A DNA stretch of 64,000 nt, from the NCBI GenBank assembly GCA_038087875.1, contig JAXLNO010000073.1:124001-188000 (forward strand). Direction: 5' to 3'. The notes below the pieces were generated by a model. It saw nothing but the letters and a program-made list of their open reading frames with translations. It made no database searches and was not told where the DNA came from. Source of the DNA: Malacoraja senta (lineage: Eukaryota). Numbering within the stretch: position 1 is the stretch's first letter; each line of letters starts with the position of its first letter. The position numbers and the translations under genes were made by a program. This document shows, piece by piece, positions 60,057 through 64,000 of this stretch.

Positions 60057-63000
60057 CTACCTCACTGGGGGTTTAGTGACCATTTTACTCCTACGTCTGA
60101 CCGGGGGTTCCCACACCAGAGGCGATACCTCCATCTCCTCTGCTTCTGCTAGTTCTGTCTCTCTTAGGCAGTCTACGGTACCTGCCTGCGGAGGGCTGGA
60201 GTCAGCATCCTTCCCCGCTGCTTCCAGTCCACGCCCTGGGACAGAGCAGGCTACTTCAGCCTGACTACCTGTGGGATCGCCTGGATCCCCTACGGTTTCC
60301 ACATCAACCCGGGTCTGTTCTTGATCCTGTTCCCTGACATGTACCCCTTTCTTACTTTTCCCTGCCCTTGTGTGGTCGAACAATTTACACTGGTTGATGT
60401 GGAACCATTTGACTCTACGGGGAAGGTGAAGGGCATACACCATGGGACTGGCCTTGTCCACTATGTTGTATGGGCCAGCATACAAGGGTTCGAACACCCC
60501 AACCCTAGAATATCTCCTGACCATTAACTGGTCCCCCACTGCCCACTCGCAATGCCTGCGAGGCTCCAGCAGTTGCTTATTTCTTTGGTGCTCGGCCCCC
60601 ATGCTTCTGGCTGCCTGCCAGTGAACCTGCCTAAGTTGTTCAAATAGCCTCTTGGCAAACTTGTCCCGGTTCACTTCCCTGAGCTGTCCCTCTGTTAGGG
60701 CTGGGACCATAACGTGCATGGGCGTTCTCATGACCCGGCCTGTCAGAAGCTCATGGGGAGAGTACCCCGTACTCCTGGACTGGCTGACCCGAATCCCCAT
60801 AAGGACCAGCGGAAAAACCTCCACCCACCGTTTGGGTGAGTCCCCTGTTTCTTTCCTTATCCTTTCCTTTATTGTCCGGTTCAACCGCTCTACCGGAACT
60901 GAGGACTGGGGATGGTAGGCCACATGCCACTTGGCCTTGATGCCCAGTATTCTAAGGGTTGACTGCATGACCTGTCCCGCGAAATGGCTCCCCTGATCTG
61001 ACTCCACGAACTGTGGAAGTCCCCACTTGGTGAACACCTCCCTAACCAGGATTTTTGCCGTACCCACAGCGGTGGCCTGCTCTGCAAGGGAAGGCCTCTA
61101 CCCATTTTGAGAACACATCCGCAAGGACTAAGCAGAACTTGTAACCCCCTTGAGCGGTTGGAAGGGGTCCGATGTAGTCGACTTGAATCGACTACCATGG
61201 CCCCCTCCACCCTCCTGATGTGTCCCATAGAAACCTTCCTTTTCTGGGGTTCTGTGTTATTTGCTGCGCAAACCAGTCAGCTCGCGCAAAAGTCGCGAAC
61301 GTCTCCCCTGAGCCCTGGCCACCATCCTGCCATCTCTACTCGCTGCCATGTGGTCTCTGGCCCGGGGTGACCTACCCCTGGACCCTCACGGGCTAGTTTT
61401 AAAAATTCCCTTCTGTACAGGAAAGGCACTTCCCACTTATCTCCCTTGAATAACATGCCTTCCTTTACTGACATGTCTTTACCCCCATACGGTCCCTCTA
61501 TCTTCCCCTGCCTGCAAATGGCTGCTGAGGCAGCCTTTAAAATGGGGTCTTGTGCCTGGACCGTGGTCAGGTCCGGGGCCAAAACCACTCCCGCACTCCC
61601 CTTTTCTCGAGGCTGCTCCCTGGCTGCAGCTACCTGTCCTTCCTCGTAGGGGCCCCATGCTTCCCACTCCTGGCTCCTTCTCTGGCCAAGCGATCCGCCC
61701 TCTGATTTCCCTCGCCCCGTGGTTCCGTTTTGGAATAGGCCTTCACCTTATGGATATATCTATCCCCGCCCTTCCCTACGGCTGCTACAATCCTCTCTAA
61801 TATGGTTCAGTGGTCAGGGACTTCCCGTCCGATGAGGTGTACCCTCGGCGGGACCAGATGGCCAGATATTCCGTGCAGGAATTGCATGTGAACATGCTGT
61901 CCGAACATATGGTGTATGGAGTGGAGAAACGCTCGGGATGGTTCACAACGTACATTACTGCCGCCAGCTCGGACTGCCGGGCGCTTAACGAATGTGGGAG
62001 TTTAAGGGCTAGGGCTATCTCCGCCTCAGTGTCACAGATCCCACAGCCCGTGAGCCTTATGCCCTCGGACACGATACTGGACCCGTCCACGTATATTTCC
62101 CTACCCGTGAGATGTAACCCTTCTCTAAGTCCAAAGTCCACCTCCTATACCCCTTCCACCGAGCAATGGTGTGGCTCCCCTGGGTACACCAAATTGGCTG
62201 TGAGCTTGCGCTCGCATAGACCCTCAACCCGTAAGGCTATTTGGGAAAGGAGAAGGGTCCAGGGAGTGATCCTCGCACTGCTTACGGTCCCATCCTTAAT
62301 CCGACCGTCCAGCAGCATCTGGGTTGGGGTATGGTGGGTCAGGAGGGTTATGGGGGACATTCTTATGAAGACCTGTACCTTCTTCACTGCCCAGTATGTG
62401 GCTAGCAGGTGCCGCTCACAGTTTGAATAGGACCTTTCTACCTCTGTGAGGACTGGAGGAATACACCACTGGCCTTAACTTGCCGTGCCGTTCTTGGAGG
62501 AGCACTGCGCTCAGGCCATCGCTGCTTGCGGCTACCTCCAGGAAAAATTCCTCCCTGTAGTCGATGGCTCCCAGACCTGGGTCCTTTTGCAGGTCCCGCT
62601 TCAAATGGACGAATGCCTACTCGCACTGCTCATCCCACTCCTACTCTACCCCTTTGCGTAGCAGCCGGAGCAGAGATGCTGCGGTCGCGGCATAGTCCTC
62701 TATAAAGTCTCGGCAGTAGCCCGTGACTCCCAGAAATGACCCCCCCCCCCACATCCGTTGGGACTGGGAGTTCCTGCACTGCCTGCCTTCTTGCTGTATC
62801 GATACCCCTTTCTCCGGCCCTAAGGGTCAGTCCCAAGAACTTTACCTCTTGTAACCCTATCTGTGCCTTCTTGGGATTTACTTTTAAACCGCTCTTACAG
62901 AGCAGCTCCAGCAGTTCGTTTACTAGGGACCCATGTTCCTCACTGGTGTCCGTGAATGGCAAAATATCGTCCACATACTGGACGACCTTGTGGGGCTCAC

Positions 63001-64000
63001 TGAATTCCTTTAAACATTCCGCCATACATTGGTGGAAAATGCTGGGGCTAGTGTGGAACCCTTGAGGAAGACAGTTCCACGTGTACTGCTGCCCCTTGAA
63101 TGTGAAAGCAAATTTGTACTGGTCTTCCTTCCTGACCGGGATTGATCAGAAACCGTTCGAGATGTCTAGCACCGTAAATACAGATGCAGACGCCGGAATT
63201 TCGCCTAATAGGCCTGCTACGGCTGCCACAGTTGGTGCGCAAGCCGGAATGTTCTAATTCAGGACCCTATAATCTACAGTGGCCCTCCAGGAATTGTCTG
63301 GCTTCCGTACGGGCCAGAGCGGAGAGTTCACGTGGGTGTCTATGGGCCTCAAAACGCCTTGCTTAACCAGTGAACTCAGGGCGACTTCTATGTCAGCCTC
63401 CGCTTCTCTGGGAAAACTATACTGTTTCTGCGGTCGGGACATGGGATCCCCGTCTATCCTGACCTCTGTTCCTGTGACCCTTCCACAGTCGTGCTTGTGA
63501 GTAGCGAATGCGGCCAGATTGCTCTTAACATGGCCTCGATACTCTGTCTGGGTCTGCCTCACTAGGGCATCTACATCGTACCCTTCTCTGGGCTTCACGA
63601 CACACAGAGCCCTTCTCTCTGGTGCCCTCTCGATGACCATTACCTCCTTCTCTCTCTCTTTAGTGGGCCACTATAAAGTCGGCGCCTAGTATCCCCTATC
63701 CCTCCTGCTCCCAACTCATCATGACGCACATCCACTGCGCCTGGAGTGCTCCTAATCGAATGGATAAGGGAACAGAGAAAAAAACCGTCTTCTCGTTTCC
63801 CGTAAAACCGACAAGACTATAGGGCGCCCCACTAGATAGAGGGGGTGTACGGGGATTGTCCATGTGGACAATGGTACTGGAAGCACCTGTGTCCAGCAGG
63901 TAACTCCCGACCACATCCTGGACCTCCATCTTGACCCAGGGTCTCCCACATGGGCCATATTCTAACGGGCATAGGAATGTGGGCTGTTTTGCTGGCAGTC
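60057..64000 (-). pseudogene. pol: pro-pol (protease, RT, tether, RNase H, integrase), multiple frameshifts
   Basis: Motifs LLDTGAS; NSPLWPVRKP..WRATVDYR; QYVDD; EVAASSDGLSAVLLQ (tether); IYVDGSS..QSELAA..ICSDS (RNase H); GHPG..WWP..C (zinc finger); SDQGSHF..YHPQSS..ERLN; YAGPY. Confidence 0.93.

Larger units (their letters stand above)
55812..64000 (-). mobile_element. Endogenous retrovirus-like LTR element (lokiretrovirus/spuma-related); 5' part extends beyond the window
   Basis: Order on the minus strand is protease, RT (YVDD), tether, second RNase H, integrase, env-like gene, PPT, LTR. Confidence 0.9.

Overview
Vertebrate genomic DNA, most likely from a cartilaginous fish such as a skate or ray. 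This is inferred from CR1 LINEs with an esterase ORF1, an HE1/V-SINE-type SINE and two-exon GPR139/142-like receptor genes. The window is mostly nested, decayed retroelements (CR1, L1, L2, Rex1/Babar, Penelope remnants with hammerhead motifs and a complete DIRS1-type element), and I found no intact host gene. Host-derived remnants are two GPR139/142-like GPCR pseudogenes, a lone PRDM9/SSX-type KRAB exon and a FAM110-like fragment with a 33-bp coding minisatellite. The last ~8.2 kb is an endogenous retrovirus-like element on the minus strand: protease, RT, tether, RNase H, integrase, env, PPT and 3' LTR. Its env looks like a Mononegavirales-F-type (lokiretrovirus-like) fusion protein preceded by an immunoglobulin-like domain. 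Three divergent non-coding retroposons share two covarying RNA hairpins. A 1.36-kb GACTT satellite appears to have grown from a retroposon tail. All family assignments come from motif recognition by eye and no database searches were run. Element boundaries are approximate unless a TSD or terminal motif is quoted.
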